Of a DNA stretch of 43,400 bases, positions 1-12,900 are shown in pieces (the stretch's first letter is position 1; each line of letters starts with the position of its first letter). A program made the translations under genes and the position numbers. The notes under the pieces are model-generated. The model saw nothing but the letters and a program-made list of their open reading frames with translations. It was not told the DNA's origin and ran no database searches. The stretch spans positions 30,319,588-30,362,987 of the forward strand of contig NC_068985.1 of the NCBI RefSeq assembly GCF_001194135.2, in the 5' to 3' direction. The stretch comes from Octopus bimaculoides (taxonomy: Eukaryota).

Positions 1-3
1 TGT

Positions 4-35
<32 letters not shown>

Positions 36-288
36 ATACATGTATATATATATATATATACATGTATATACATGTATATATATATATACATACATATATA
101 TATATATGTATGTATACATCTATATGTATATACACATATGTATAGTATACATATGTATAGTATACATATGTGTATACATTGTATACACGCACGCACATAC
201 ACATATATATACATATGTATATTTTTTTATATATATATTTCTATGTATGTATGTATGAAAGTATCCGTGTGTGTGTGTGTGGGGGGGG

Positions 289-345
<57 letters not shown>
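1..345 (+). repeat. Compound (TA)n/(TACA)n/(GT)n microsatellite
   Basis: Direct reading. Similar tracts at about 3170, 3990, 6137, 7008, 8140-8640, 11630-12170, 15200-15470, 19010, 26433, 27150 and 43345. Confidence 0.95.
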
Positions 346-698
346 TTGAACATGTATTGATATCAATCAATCAGGCAGACCCACTGCCAATGACCTTTGG
401 ATGCCCTCCTTGACTGATCTGATCGATGTGGCTGACGTTCACTTTCAACCTGTGTATTTCGATGTTCGCTGGAAAACTAGAGGCGGGAGGCGGAGCAGAA
501 GAATCCTAGGAGGTGGTAACCGTTCTGCTAAGTGATCAATGAAGAAAGAATACACTCTGGGATCTGGAACATGAGATTCGGTTCATCTGGTTGTTTAACC
601 CCAGGACAGCTCTGATCAAGAAAATCTAGCAGACTTATAATCAAAAGTAGTTCAGCTGTAATCGCATAATCTTTATTATTTTTCTTTTTATATTTATA

Positions 699-866
699 GG
701 CTCAGGCGTGGCTGTGTGGTATGAAGCTTACTTCCCAGCAATATGGTTCCGAGTTCAATACTACCGCGTGGCACCTTGGGCAAGTATTTTCTACTTACAC
801 CCTCGGGCCGAACAAAGGTTTATGAGTGGGTTTGGTAGACTGGAACTGAAAGAATCCCATCGTATA

Positions 867-903
<37 letters not shown>

Positions 904-1325
904 TACTCTTTACTCTCTTACTTGTTTCAGTCATTTGACTGCGGCCATGCTGGAGCACCGTCTTTAGTCGAGCAAATCGACCCCAGGACTTATTCTTTGA
1001 AAGCCTAGCACTTATTCTATCGGTCTATTTTGCCGAGCCGCTAAGTTACGGGGACATAAACACACCAGCATCGGTTGTCAAGCGATGTTGTGGGGGGGGG
1101 GACAAACATAGACACACACATACACACATGTATATATATATATATATATACATATATAGATATGCGCGCGCGCGCGTATCTGTGTTTGTTACCCACCACC
1201 GCTTGACAACCCATAACTTAACGATTCAGTAAAAAAGACCGATAGAATAAGTACCAGGCTGTAAAAAACGTAAGTACTGGCCTCGACACATTCGACTAAA
1301 AATTCTTTTAGGCAGTGCCCCAGCA
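699..1325 (+). mobile_element. tRNA-derived SINE, family 1 (head 699-865, central microsatellite, tail about 1180-1325) containing an inverted tail copy
   Basis: Head GGCTCAGGCGTGGCTGTGTGG...GAGTTCAATAC (A/B-box-like). The same head and tail recur at 18361, 35848, 36168, 39330 and 43140. Confidence 0.8.
906..1105 (-). mobile_element. Family 1 SINE 3' tail, inverted
   Basis: Reverse complement of the tail ...cttgacaacc...ccgatagaataagt...cgactaaa...ccagcatggccgcagtcaaatgactgaaacaagtaa seen on the + strand at about 1200, 18570 and 36300. Confidence 0.8.
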
Positions 1326-2199
1326 TAGGTCGTTGATGAATCCTTTCTGTTTGCTCTGGTTTCTTATTCCTTCGCCCTGCTTAACGGCTCTTTTCTGTAT
1401 GGCCGCCTCCAGTTGTATAACGCATGCGTAAGCAACACACTTTAACTTTGTCGAGGATCAGTAACGGATCAATGTCAAAGTACTTTTTTGCCTTAAAGAT
1501 AAAAAATCTAGCCTTTGAGATAGTTTTGACTCATACAGAAAAGAACCAGAGATTTTCCGGTCTAACGTACCAAGCGGTCTTAAGAGATTTGTTTGGCTAG
1601 TGTGTGAGATAAGTTTCCTTGAGATAGACAGATGGATGCAACTTTGGCGTGTGATCTAGAAGTTAAAGGGTGATAACTAAGATACTTTTTAGCTTACTTT
1701 TTAATTTCTGTAAACCCTAAAGATGTTGGCTAAAGATTTTTTACAATAAATTCTTTTGTTCATACTTAGCATTTTAAATAGATTTTTTTTCAAAATTCAT
1801 ACTATTTTGATAATAATAAAATCATGTTTCATTTATGTCTTAGTAAATAATAATACGAAACCAAGAATAAACAACATAATGATTAAAATAAGCGCGTAGA
1901 TCACCCAAGTTTGGTAGCCGCGAGTTTTGCAACGTAAAGAAACAAAAGACTAACGCCCTTGAAGCTGTAGATCACCCGCCAAAGTAACACCGACGTATGC
2001 GTATTAAAATGCATTTTATTTTCAAAATTTGATAAAATGTACAGACAATTTTATGAGTATCTGTTTCCAAACTGATAACCGTTTTGGCCCAGGCACTGCT
2101 GATAACGCGAAACAATAGAATCGCAAATACCAAGAATAATTTCGTTCGATATTCGTGCGCATTCTCATTCAATGGCTACTCTCAATTCGTCAACTGTAG

Positions 2200-2900
2200 C
2201 TGGTTTTGTATCGTAAACCCTGTCTTTTAAGTATTCACATAAAAAAAAAGTCTTGTGGTGTGAGGTTCGGTAAATGCGGGAGATGTTCTACTGATTCTCC
2301 TCGTTCAATTTACGTGTCTGGCAAAACTTCATCAAGGTAGGCTCTTACATTACTATGGTAGTGTAGGAAGGGGTGGCAGTCTTACAGGAAATTAAACTGC
2401 ACATCTCGTATGCCTTCTTGGATATTTGCTAAGACAGATTGTCGCAGCAAGTTCAAGTAAATGAAACCGTTTACAATACCGTCATAAAAGAATGATCCAT
2501 TTACTCCTTTTGATGATACGTCGCATCCTACTGTAACTCCTGGTAAATTAACATGACGTCCCTCAGTAATTTGTGGCTTCTCCAGTCAACTATGACAGTC
2601 AATAGAGCCATTTAATTTAAACGTAGCCTCATTACTCTAAAAACTCCACTCTTCAGTCCGGATCTTCTTCGTTGAACGCACGGACTATCTTGGAATGTAA
2701 CTTTTCCAATGACAGCGCTTCAAAATACATAGACGCTTGATTTTGAAATTCCCGTCTCTCGATTCGATGTCTCCAAAGATTTTCTTCAACTCTGGCAATA
2801 CGTTTCTCGAAACCGTTCTTGTTTAATAGAACTTATCGATGTCCACGGTCACCCGGAACATTCTTGTGGACATTTTAAACTGTTCCGTCAGCTTCAAACT
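2200..2900 (-). pseudogene. Tc1/mariner transposase remnant, DD41D-like (rosa/Visitor type)
   Basis: One - strand frame reads SNEATFKLNGSIDCHS*...RHVNLPGVTVGCDVSSKGVNGSFFYDGIVNGFIYLNLL...FNFL*DCHPFLHYHSNVRAYLDEVLPDT*IERGESVEHLPHLPNLTPQDFFLCEYLKD, a decayed FSDEA / QQDGAPPHY / SPDLTPLDFFLWGYLK. Several stops; no TIRs found. Confidence 0.85.
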
Positions 2901-3189
2901 TATTTCTTATTCGAATAATGGTAACATAGGGGCATCTGTTTGAAACACCTTCCTAAACAGTCTTTCCAATTTGACCGGGTTTTCAAACTTCCATTAGTAC
3001 TTTGGATTTAATTTCATTTGTTCAAAGTTTAGTCTGGCTCCCTTCATAATGGGTAAAATATAAAAGGAAATGGAAACTAAGAGAGTTATCAGTTATTAAA
3101 GTATGTGTATATTTTTCGAGACACTCTCTCTTTCCCTTTCTCTCCCCCTCTCTCCCCCACCTCTCTCTTTATATATATATATATATATA

Positions 3190-3226
<37 letters not shown>

Positions 3227-3988
3227 TATAAAATAGACCTATGTGTGTCTGTGTGCATTCGCCTTTCACGCGAAAACGGCTGCATGAATAATTTGAACTC
3301 GGGTACATAATAGGCTCTTCAGTCNNNNNNNNNNNNNNNNNNNNNNNNNNNNNNNNNNNNNNNNNNNNNNNNNNNNNNNNNNNNNNNNNNNNNNNNNNNN
3401 NNNNNNNNNNNNNNNNNNNNNNNNNNNNNNNNNNNNNNNNNNNNNNNNNNNNNNNNNNNNNNNNNNNNNNNNNNNNNNNNNNNNNNNNNNNNNNNNNNNN
3501 NNNNNNNNNNNNNNNNNNNNNNNNNNNNNNNNNNNNNNNNNNNNNNNNNNNNNNNNNNNNNNNNNNNNNNNNNNNNNNNNNNNNNNNNNNNNNNNNNNNN
3601 NNNNNNNNNNNNNNNNNNNNNNNNNNNNNNNNNNNNNNNNNNNNNNNNNNNNNNNNNNNNNNNNNNNNNNNNNNNNNNNNNNNNNNNNNNNNNNNNNNNN
3701 NNNNNNNNNNNNNNNNNNNNNNNNNNNNNNNNNNNNNNNNNNNNNNNNNNNNNNNNNNNNNNNNNNNNNNNNNNNNNNNNNNNNNNNNNNNNNNNNNNNN
3801 NNNNNNNNNNNNNNNNNNNNNNNNNNNNNNNNNNNNNNNNNNNNNNNNNNNNNNNNNNNNNNNNNNNNNNNNNNNNNNNNNNNNNNNNNNNNNNNNNNNN
3901 NNNNNNNNNNNNNNNNNNNNNNNNNNNNNNNNNNNNNNNNNNNNNNNNNNNNNNNNNNNNNNNNNNNNNNNNNNNNNNNNNNNNNNNN

Positions 3989-4044
<56 letters not shown>

Positions 4045-4149
4045 GTGCGTGCCTGCCTGCCTACGTGCGGCGTTCCACAATCGCCATTTATTTCAATCAG
4101 TCTTGTGAAGATGTAGATGATTAGTATTCTACAATGAAGCAAAGACAAG

Positions 4150-4930
4150 TACAAGTAACCAGAGTCAATGTTGACTTCTGCAACTCTGTTAACTCTATTA
4201 AGTATGTTTGCGAATATATAAATAAAGGTTTAAATACTGCAACATACACTCTTATGCAGAATGGCAGTCAGCGTATAAATAAAAATGACGAAGTTGCTCA
4301 GTATGACAGAGGAAGATACATCAGTACCAATGAGGCTTTTTGGTGCGCCTTCAATTTTCCCATTCATGAGAGGTACTCAGCTATCATTCATCTGAGTGTC
4401 CATCTAGAGACTGGCCACAGGGTTATCTTTACAAAACAAACAGCCTTACAACTAGCACTTTCTCCAAAAGAAACTACGCTCACTGCTTTTTTAAAGTTCT
4501 GTCAAGTAGATGAAAATTCCAGAAAACTCCTTTACCCATAATTACCCAAGTATTACATCTGGAGAAACAATAAACACAAGAGTAAACGTGAGGCTGACGC
4601 TCTTGCAAGAGTTTACAGTGTCCACCCAAGCCAAGCAGAATGTCATTACTTACTGCTCCTTTTGCATGAAGTACTTGGTCCCAAATCATTCTAAGATTCG
4701 AGGAGGGTAAATGGTCACGTGTGTGAAGCATACTATCAACAAAGTTTTTTTTAGAAAATGATGAGCATCGGGACCTTGCATTCACTGAAGCATCAGTATC
4801 AGATTCTCCAAGGAAACACCGTGACCTTTTTGCAGTTATACTGAACATGTGTCAACTTGGCAGTCCCTTAGAGCTTTGGATGAAACATCGCGAGGACATG
4901 GCTGAGGACTTAAAGTATGCAGTTCAACAG
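4150..4930 (+). mobile_element. Helitron Rep/helicase fragment (pseudogenised)
   Basis: VNVDFCNSVNSIKYVCEYINKG...DEVAQYDRGRYISTNEAFW...FPIHER...LSVHLETGHRVIF...ETTLTAFLKFCQVD...LLYP*LPKYYIW...RVYSVHPSQAECHYLLLLLHEVLGPKSF matches the Helitron RepHel consensus. Contains stops and frameshifts. Confidence 0.92.
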
Positions 4931-5929
4931 GTCAGCCATTTCATAAAGTATATATATGCCGACTAAATCCGCAATATGAGCAGAATCGGAACTTCCCATT
5001 GGGACATCGAACCCGTTGGGAGTATCCTTCCGGACCCACAACTTATTATCAAACTTAATGATTGATTTTCTGGCAGCCAGCACCACATTAATTTCTTTAT
5101 TGTGTGCATGCCAGAGTACCTTATTGAGTATAATAGGGTTGATTGATGAATAAAAGTTAGATATATCGAACTGAATAAATTTAGTATTAAGCTTAGTAAT
5201 AGAAGTAAACCAGTCAACAACTTGAAAAGAATTAGACCATAAGCTAAGTTTTAATTTATTGATTAATGTAGGGATATACTTATCTAAGATGTATTTACTA
5301 AGTATACCAATGTCTGAGCTGGAAGGACAGATAAGCCGTAAGGATGGGTTACTATAAAAGTTTTGTTTGTGGTCTTTTAAAATAAACCGTAGTTGCCTAG
5401 GATTCAATGGTTCTGTCTTCATCTGTAATCCATACGATTCCATAATTCCTTTAGCTTCTAGGTTAGCCTGCCTGAGTGTATTCATACCGGTTATCTTATA
5501 GTTTTTCTGAATTTCTTTTTTAAGCAGTTCCAAATAGTAGCTCTTGGTGAGTTTATAGAGGTTTCCCGTTTTATCAGATTGAACAAGGATGTAATCCATG
5601 TTATTATTTTCCTTAAAGATGTTGTGAAGATATCTAAGATGTTTGTTCCTGAGAGGTGAGCGGTGAAATTTTATATTCTTCACGATGGACCACAGATGGT
5701 CCTCGAATTGCTTCAATCTAGGGTTGGGTGGAGGACTGCTCTTTGGTTTAAATAATTTTTTATACTCAGAAGAAATGTCATTATTGGTCTATTGTAAGTC
5801 CTTATTATCGAAGAAGAAGGTGAGCCATCTGATGCGGTTGATAAAGGAATTCGTCTTATTGATGAGTTGCTTATTTCTTTGGGGAATGGGAATATCCTTA
5901 AGCGAAGCGTTAATATTAAATAACTCCAT
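4930..5929 (-). mobile_element. Penelope-like retroelement ORF, N-terminus plus part of RT, cut before the YxDD motif
   Basis: ATG at 5929: MELFNINASLKDIPIPQRNKQLINKTNSFINRIRWLTFFF... with one in-frame TAG (5791-5789). Then QSDKTGNLY, FILKDHKQNF, RLICPSSSDIGILSK, FIQFDISNFYSSI and FDVPMGSSDSAHIADLVGIYIL, which are typical PLE RT motifs. Confidence 0.85.
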
Positions 5930-6157
5930 TTGCGGTAACGGTTATATTAGCAGGTTATAAGATAATCTGTTGAAGCATATGTAAATGGATGAATGAATTA
6001 TCCTTTGTTTACAGTTAACACAGAAAATTCAATAAACATCTATACATGTATATATGAAGCATTGACGCAAAGCAGTGTTTAGGTATGAGCACAATTTAGG
6101 TTAGTTGAAATATGTTTGTCATATTTCAACTAACCTATACATACATACATACATACA

Positions 6158-6189
<32 letters not shown>

Positions 6190-7007
6190 CATATACATAT
6201 ACATACATACATATATATATTATATATATNNNNNNNNNNNNNNNNNNNNNNNNNNNNNNNNNNNNNNNNNNNNNNNNNNNNNNNNNNNNNNNNNNNNNNN
6301 NNNNNNNNNNNNNNNNNNNNNNNNNNNNNNNNNNNNNNNNNNNNNNNNNNNNNNNNNNNNNNNNNNNNNNNNNNNNNNNNNNNNNNNNNNNNNNNNNNNN
6401 NNNNNNNNNNNNNNNNNNNNNNNNNNNNNNNNNNNNNNNNNNNNNNNNNNNNNNNNNNNNNNNNNNNNNNNNNNNNNNNNNNNNNNNNNNNNNNNNNNNN
6501 NNNNNNNNNNNNNNNNNNNNNNNNNNNNNNNNNNNNNNNNNNNNNNNNNNNNNNNNNNNNNNNNNNNNNNNNNNNNNNNNNNNNNNNNNNNNNNNNNNNN
6601 NNNNNNNNNNNNNNNNNNNNNNNNNNNNNNNNNNNNNNNNNNNNNNNNNNNNNNNNNNNNNNNNNNNNNNNNNNNNNNNNNNNNNNNNNNNNNNNNNNNN
6701 NNNNNNNNNNNNNNNNNNNNNNNNNNNNNNNNNNNNNNNNNNNNNNNNNNNNNNNNNNNNNNNNNNNNNNNNNNNNNNNNNNNNNNNNNNNNNNNNNNNN
6801 NNNNNNNNNNNNNNNNNNNNNNNNNNNNNNNNNNNNNNNNNNNNNNNNNNNNNNNNNNNNNNNNNNNNNNNNNNNNNNNNNNNNNNNNNNNNNNNNNNNN
6901 NNNNNNNNNNNNNNNNNNNNNNNNNNNNNNNNNNNNNNNNNNNNNNNNNNNNNNNNNNNNNNNNNNNNNNNNNNNNNNNNNNNNNNNNNNNNNNNNNNNN
7001 NNNNNNN

Positions 7008-7048
<41 letters not shown>

Positions 7049-7072
7049 GTATATATATGTATATGTATATAC

Positions 7073-7103
<31 letters not shown>

Positions 7104-7297
7104 TATATGTATGAATGTATGTATGTATGTACATATGTATCTCTCTATATATATGTGTGTGTATGTGTGTGTATGTATGTATGTATGTATGCATGTAGGT
7201 ATGTATGTAAGTATGCATGTATGTATGTATGTATGTATGTATGTATGCATGTATGTATGTATACAGAAAAAGTTATTTTATTCCACACCGGTAGAAA

Positions 7298-7721
7298 TAT
7301 AGAAAAAATAGAATTTGAAAATGCACTGAGAATAGTTAAAATATTTTTTATTAAGATATTTGAAGGTTTAACCGGTTTCAGTTTACACTTATTTTCAAAA
7401 AGTTTAAATAGAAAGATGTGCCTTATGTCGCAGCTGTCTTGCTTCTGACTAGTGGTTGAAGTTTGCCCTGTTTTTATAGGGAGTTCATGGCTCAAATTAG
7501 TATATGTTTTGAATATGGTTTGAGTGGCAGAGGATAGTCACATGATTGGTCTTGGAAACAGGGCAAACTTCAAACACTAGTCAGAAGCAAGGCAGCTGTG
7601 ACATAAGCCATGTTTTCCTATTTGAACTGTTTGAAAATCAGTGTAAACTGTGAAACCGGTTAAAGCTTCAAATATTTTAACTATTCTCAGCAGTGCATTT
7701 TCAACATCTATTTTTCCTATA
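7298..7721. mobile_element. Foldback/MITE-like element: inverted arms of about 170 bp, spacer about 80 bp
   Basis: 7298-7473 is the near-perfect reverse complement of 7556-7721 (e.g. cttgcttctgactagtggttgaagtttgccctgttt vs aaacagggcaaacttcaaacactagtcagaagcaag). Both ends are TA/TATA. Confidence 0.85.
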
Positions 7722-8134
7722 TATATATATACATGTATTTATACGAAGACGTATAAAGCATTTTTCATATCCATACACATATATATGCTTGTGAGTAATA
7801 TGTACACACACAAACACAAACACTCACGCACACTCACTCACACATACATACACATACACACACAAACGCGCACACACATACACACGCATTTCGATTGTAT
7901 ATATGTTTATGCATGGCGTACATACGTGCATATGCAAACGTGAGTAAACAGTGGTGAACATGTAAAAACTGACGCATTCATGGACAATATTGCAAGTAAA
8001 TCTGAACTGACATTGATGTATTGCTATAGATGTTGTCAAACGTGCATTAGCATGCACTTGAAATGATGCAGTCGTGCAGTAGCATATATAATGTGACTGC
8101 TGCACCAAAGGAAATACATTTATCACACGCACAA

Positions 8135-8178
<44 letters not shown>

Positions 8179-8552
8179 ATATGTAATCATATATACACAC
8201 ACATATGTACATACATACATATCTATCTATATACACATATATATATACACATATATATATACACATATATATGCGTGGGTGTACGTATATATATATGTAT
8301 ATATATATATATACATACACACACACACATATATATACATATATGTGTGTGTATGTACATATATATNNNNNNNNNNNNNNNNNNNNNNNNNNNNNNNNNN
8401 NNNNNNNNNNNNNNNNNNNNNNNNNNNNNNNNNNNNNNNNNNNNNNNNNNNNNNNNNNNNNNNNNNNNNNNNNNNNNNNNNNNNNNNNNNNNNNNNNNNN
8501 NNNNNNNNNNNNNNNNNNNNNNNNNNNNNNNNNNNNNNNNNNNNNNNNNNNN

Positions 8553-8592
<40 letters not shown>

Positions 8593-9273
8593 TGTATATA
8601 TATGTGTGTATGTATGCATGTATGTATGTATATATGTATATATATATATTGCTCATTTGTGCGTATGCGCATATATACAGCATATTTAAACATACATACC
8701 ATCAATATGCATATGTGCGCTAGCGTGCGCTCGTGTGTGTCCGTGTGTGTGTGGGGGGTACATTCATAAATATATAATTAGGTATCACGTATCGGATATT
8801 TTGTCACATACCAACATACATATATGCGTATACACACACGCACACACGCACACACGTACACATATAGACGAAATTACAGCGCTATGTGATACCTTGGCTA
8901 TCTATCTCCATCAAGTTAATACTGATGATGTAGTATAAATATTGGTAATATTATACAAGTTCCCTTTACTACGTTTTGCGTTTTGTCTGTTTGTAATCGC
9001 TCATTATGTCCAACTTTTCTCCCCCCCCCCACCATCTCCCTCGCTCCTCTTTCAGTTTTCTCCCCTTCCTTCCCATTCATTTTCGTATTTATCCGTTTCC
9101 TTGCCTACTGGTCTGTCTGTCGCCCAGTGTCAATTTCCGCCTCAGGCTTTCTGTTTTCATAATCCGTCGGTTCTATCCGTATTCAGAATATGTCTGCCTA
9201 TCTGTCTGTCGGTTGGTCGGTCGTTTTCTTCGGTGTCTAGCTTTGTCTTCCTCTCTCATCCACTGCTTTTCTT

Positions 9274-9333
<60 letters not shown>
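9274..9333 (+). repeat. (TCTA)15 microsatellite
   Basis: Direct reading. Confidence 0.95.
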
Positions 9334-10690
9334 CTTATTCATCGGAAGAAGCAAGGCCATGCCGTCCACCAGCGCCTCCGTCGTGGGACGCTGGACCGAC
9401 GGTCTAGTCGACTTGGTTTGGTCCGGACTTCCAAAGGGAGAAGAACTGGAACGAGATAACGAGTAGGATGGTCACTCTTGTCCGGCAATGGGCCGAGAAG
9501 AAGCTGTCCCTAAAAGGTACGGCGGAAGTGGCGAACACGTACATCGCTCCCGTCATCTACTACCGCCTGACCGTCGTGCCTTANNNNNNNNNNNNNNNNN
9601 NNNNNNNNNNNNNNNNNNNNNNNNNNNNNNNNNNNNNNNNNNNNNNNNNNNNNNNNNNNNNNNNNNNNNNNNNNNNNNNNNNNNNNNNNNNNNNNNNNNN
9701 NNNNNNNNNNNNNNNNNNNNNNNNNNNNNNNNNNNNNNNNNNNNNNNNNNNNNNNNNNNNNNNNNNNNNNNNNNNNNNNNNNNNNNNNNNNNNNNNNNNN
9801 NNNNNNNNNNNNNNNNNNNNNNNNNNNNNNNNNNNNNNNNNNNNNNNNNNNNNNNNNNNNNNNNNNNNNNNNAACAGGTGTAGTCGCCGCTTGTGAGGCG
9901 CGCTTTCCCGCAGCTCGTTTCCATGACCGAACTGCAGTCGTGGACCAAAAAGAGACCGAGGAAGGGCGAATGGTACCGCGAGTGTCGCGTTGCTCTCAAG
10001 CAACTATGCCGCTCCGACTCGACACAACCAAAGCATTCTATAGGGGATTAGTGGAGGGGAGGTACGACGACAATCTCGGGGCGAACCTGAGCGTCAATGA
10101 GGAATACTTGACCCGCCTGTTCAAGACGACTTTCGGGCCGGGATCTATGGACAACTTCCAGAGATCCCTAGCCTGGCAGTGCTATCAAGAAGCGCTACCC
10201 GTTTGGGATAAGCTCTACAGGCATGGCCCGAGATGCGGTCAGAGCGACGAAACCATCCTGCACATACTCGTACAGTGGCCAACCATTTTCGACCTGTGGG
10301 CCTTTATCGAATGACTGCTATCGCGTGTAGGATGAGTCGGTTTATCAGCCGAGTCTATCGTGAATATTGTCGCGCCTCCTTCCTTGAGACGGGAGGAAAG
10401 AACCATTTTCATCGTACTTGTGGCTATGACGAAAGAATGTGCATGGTTGACGCGTCTGAAAGGTCTAGAGACAAACACTTTCCTCGCTGGTCAATCTCTC
10501 ATCAACTTCTTCAAGTATCACTTTAAGAGGAAGGTGAGAGTAGAGAGGGAAGTTTTGTCTAGTGAATGTTTCAAAAAAAGATGGGTGAATGTAGCAAGGA
10601 TGGCACGTGTCACGTGTGAATGACGAAGCCAGCTTGAGCATAATCCTATGAACCAAAAAAAAAAAGAGACGAAAAAAGAGTCACTGTAAT
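9334..10690 (+). mobile_element. 5'-truncated L1/Tx1-type non-LTR retrotransposon (RT C-terminus plus zf-RVT region), copy 1
   Basis: VVGRWTDG...VRQWAEKKLSLKGTAEVANTYIAPVIYYRLTVVP, then SLAWQCYQEALPVWDKL...PRCGQSDETILHIL (CCHC-like) and KRKVRVEREVLS...KRWVNVA. A-rich tail at about 10655. Interrupted by an N gap. Confidence 0.85.
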
Positions 10691-12639
10691 GTTTTCTTTT
10701 GTAATGAGATTAANNNNNNNNNNNNNNNNNNNNNNNNNNNNNNNNNNNNNNNNNNNNNNNNNNNNNNNNNNNNNNNNNNNNNNNNNNNNNNNNNNNNNNN
10801 NNNNNNNNNNNNNNNNNNNNNNNNNNNNNNNNNNNNNNNNNNNNNNNNNNNNNNNNNNNNNNNNNNNNNNNNNNNNNNNNNNNNNNNNNNNNNNNNNNNN
10901 NNNNNNNNNNNNNNNNNNNNNNNNNNNNNNNNNNNNNNNNNNNNNNNNNNNNNNNNNNNNNNNNNNNNNNNNNNNNNNNNNNNNNNNNNNNNNNNNNNNN
11001 NNNNNNNNNNNNNNNNNNNNNNNNNNNNNNNNNNNNNNNNNNNNNNNNNNNNNNNNNNNNNNNNNNNNNNNNNNNNNNNNNNNNNNNNNNNNNNNNNNNN
11101 NNNNNNNNNNNNNNNNNNNNNNNNNNNNNNNNNNNNNNNNNNNNNNNNNNNNNNNNNNNNNNNNNNNNNNNNNNNNNNNNNNNNNNNNNNNNNNNNNNNN
11201 NNNNNNNNNNNNNNNNNNNNNNNNNNNNNNNNNNNNNNNNNNNNNNNNNNNNNNNNNNNNNNNNNNNNNNNNNNNNNNNNNNNNNNNNNNNNNNNNNNNN
11301 NNNNNNNNNNNNNNNNNNNNNNNNNNNNNNNNNNNNNNNNNNNNNNNNNNNNNNNNNNNNNNNNNNNNNNNNNNNNNNNNNNNNNNNNNNNNNNNNNNNN
11401 NNNNNNNNNNNNNNNNNNNNNNNNNNNNNNNNNNNNNNNNNNNNNNNGAAGAAATTTTAGAAATATTACTTTATTTGTGTGTAATATGTATGGTTAAAAT
11501 TTCATCAACATCAAAAATATATGAATTTTCATGGGAGGTTATGGCTGTTATGCATAGAATATAATTTCCAAATTTCATAAAGATCCATTCAGTACTTTTG
11601 ACGTAGTTTTAGATAAAAAGACAAATGACTAATGTGTGTGTTTGTGTGTATGTGTATGTGTGTGTATGGGTATATATATGTATAGATATCTGTATGCATG
11701 TATATATGCATATATATGTGTACATATTACATGTACATCTATATATATACATCTACACATATGTATACATATACATGTATGCATATAGATCTATATCTAT
11801 ATATATATCTATACATATTACGTGTACATATACATCTATATGTATACATGTATACATATGCATCTCTCTCTCTCTATATATATATAATCTATCTATCTAT
11901 ATATATATATATATATATATATNNNNNNNNNNNNNNNNNNNNNNNNNNNNNNNNNNNNNNNNNNNNNNNNNNNNNNNNNNNNNNNNNNNNNNNNNNNNNN
12001 NNNNNNNNNNNNNNNNNNNNNNNNNNNNNNNNNNNNNNNNNNNNNNNNNNNNNNNNNNNNNNNNNNNNNNNNNNTATATATATTTATATATACATGTATA
12101 TATATACATGTATATGGATACATTTGTGCAGAGATATATATGCGTGTATGTATATATGTATGCCTGTATATATGTGAGAGTATAGTTTCACTGTAGTAGA
12201 TTCAGTATGAAAATGAAACCATTAAAGTGAAAGTATCTGTCATTACAGTATCGAAATGTGATTGTTTCAGTTTTGATACTGAAATAGTGGAATTGCAATC
12301 TCTGAATCAAAATCAGTGCGTGACCTGGGCATTGACATGAGCAATGATGCATCTTTGCAAGTGCATATTACCAGTTTGGTAATAAAATGCAGACGACTGG
12401 CTTGATAGATCCTCCGAACTTTCAAAACAAGAGAAAATGAGATAATGATGGGTCGGTGGAGGGTGCATACGTCCTGAGCCACTTTGACTACTGCTCCCAA
12501 TTAATAATCACCACATGATATAAAATTAACAGCGGAACTCGAAGCAATCCAATTAAAGCTACGCAAAGAAAATTGTCTCAATGCAACGTATCAGCTACTG
12601 GGAAAGACTGAAAGAATTAAAACTCTTCTCCATAGAACG

Positions 12640-12900
12640 AAAGCGGGAAAGATATGCAGTGATATACATCTGAAAAGTCTTGGAAGGCCTTGTACCAAAC
12701 TTTGGCATTGAAAGTTACACAAAGAGCAGGACGGGGCGCCACTGCATAAGTGACAAAGAGCCAGCATCTCCATCAAAATACAGGACCAGATACTGCAACA
12801 ACTTGAGTTTCAAGGGCCCACAGCTCCAATATCCTTCCAAAATGCCTGAGAGACCTGCATGGTGTAGATGTATGTGTCTTCAAAACAAAACTGCATCTCC
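12640..12900 (+). mobile_element. Possible Tc1/mariner transposase trace
   Basis: CAG GAC GGG GCG CCA CTG CAT (QDGAPLH) at 12727-12747; flanks are heavily decayed. Confidence 0.35.

Noticed and set aside
345-650. GC-richer segment resembling a LINE C-terminus on the - strand
   Set aside because: Too decayed to assign from recognisable motifs.
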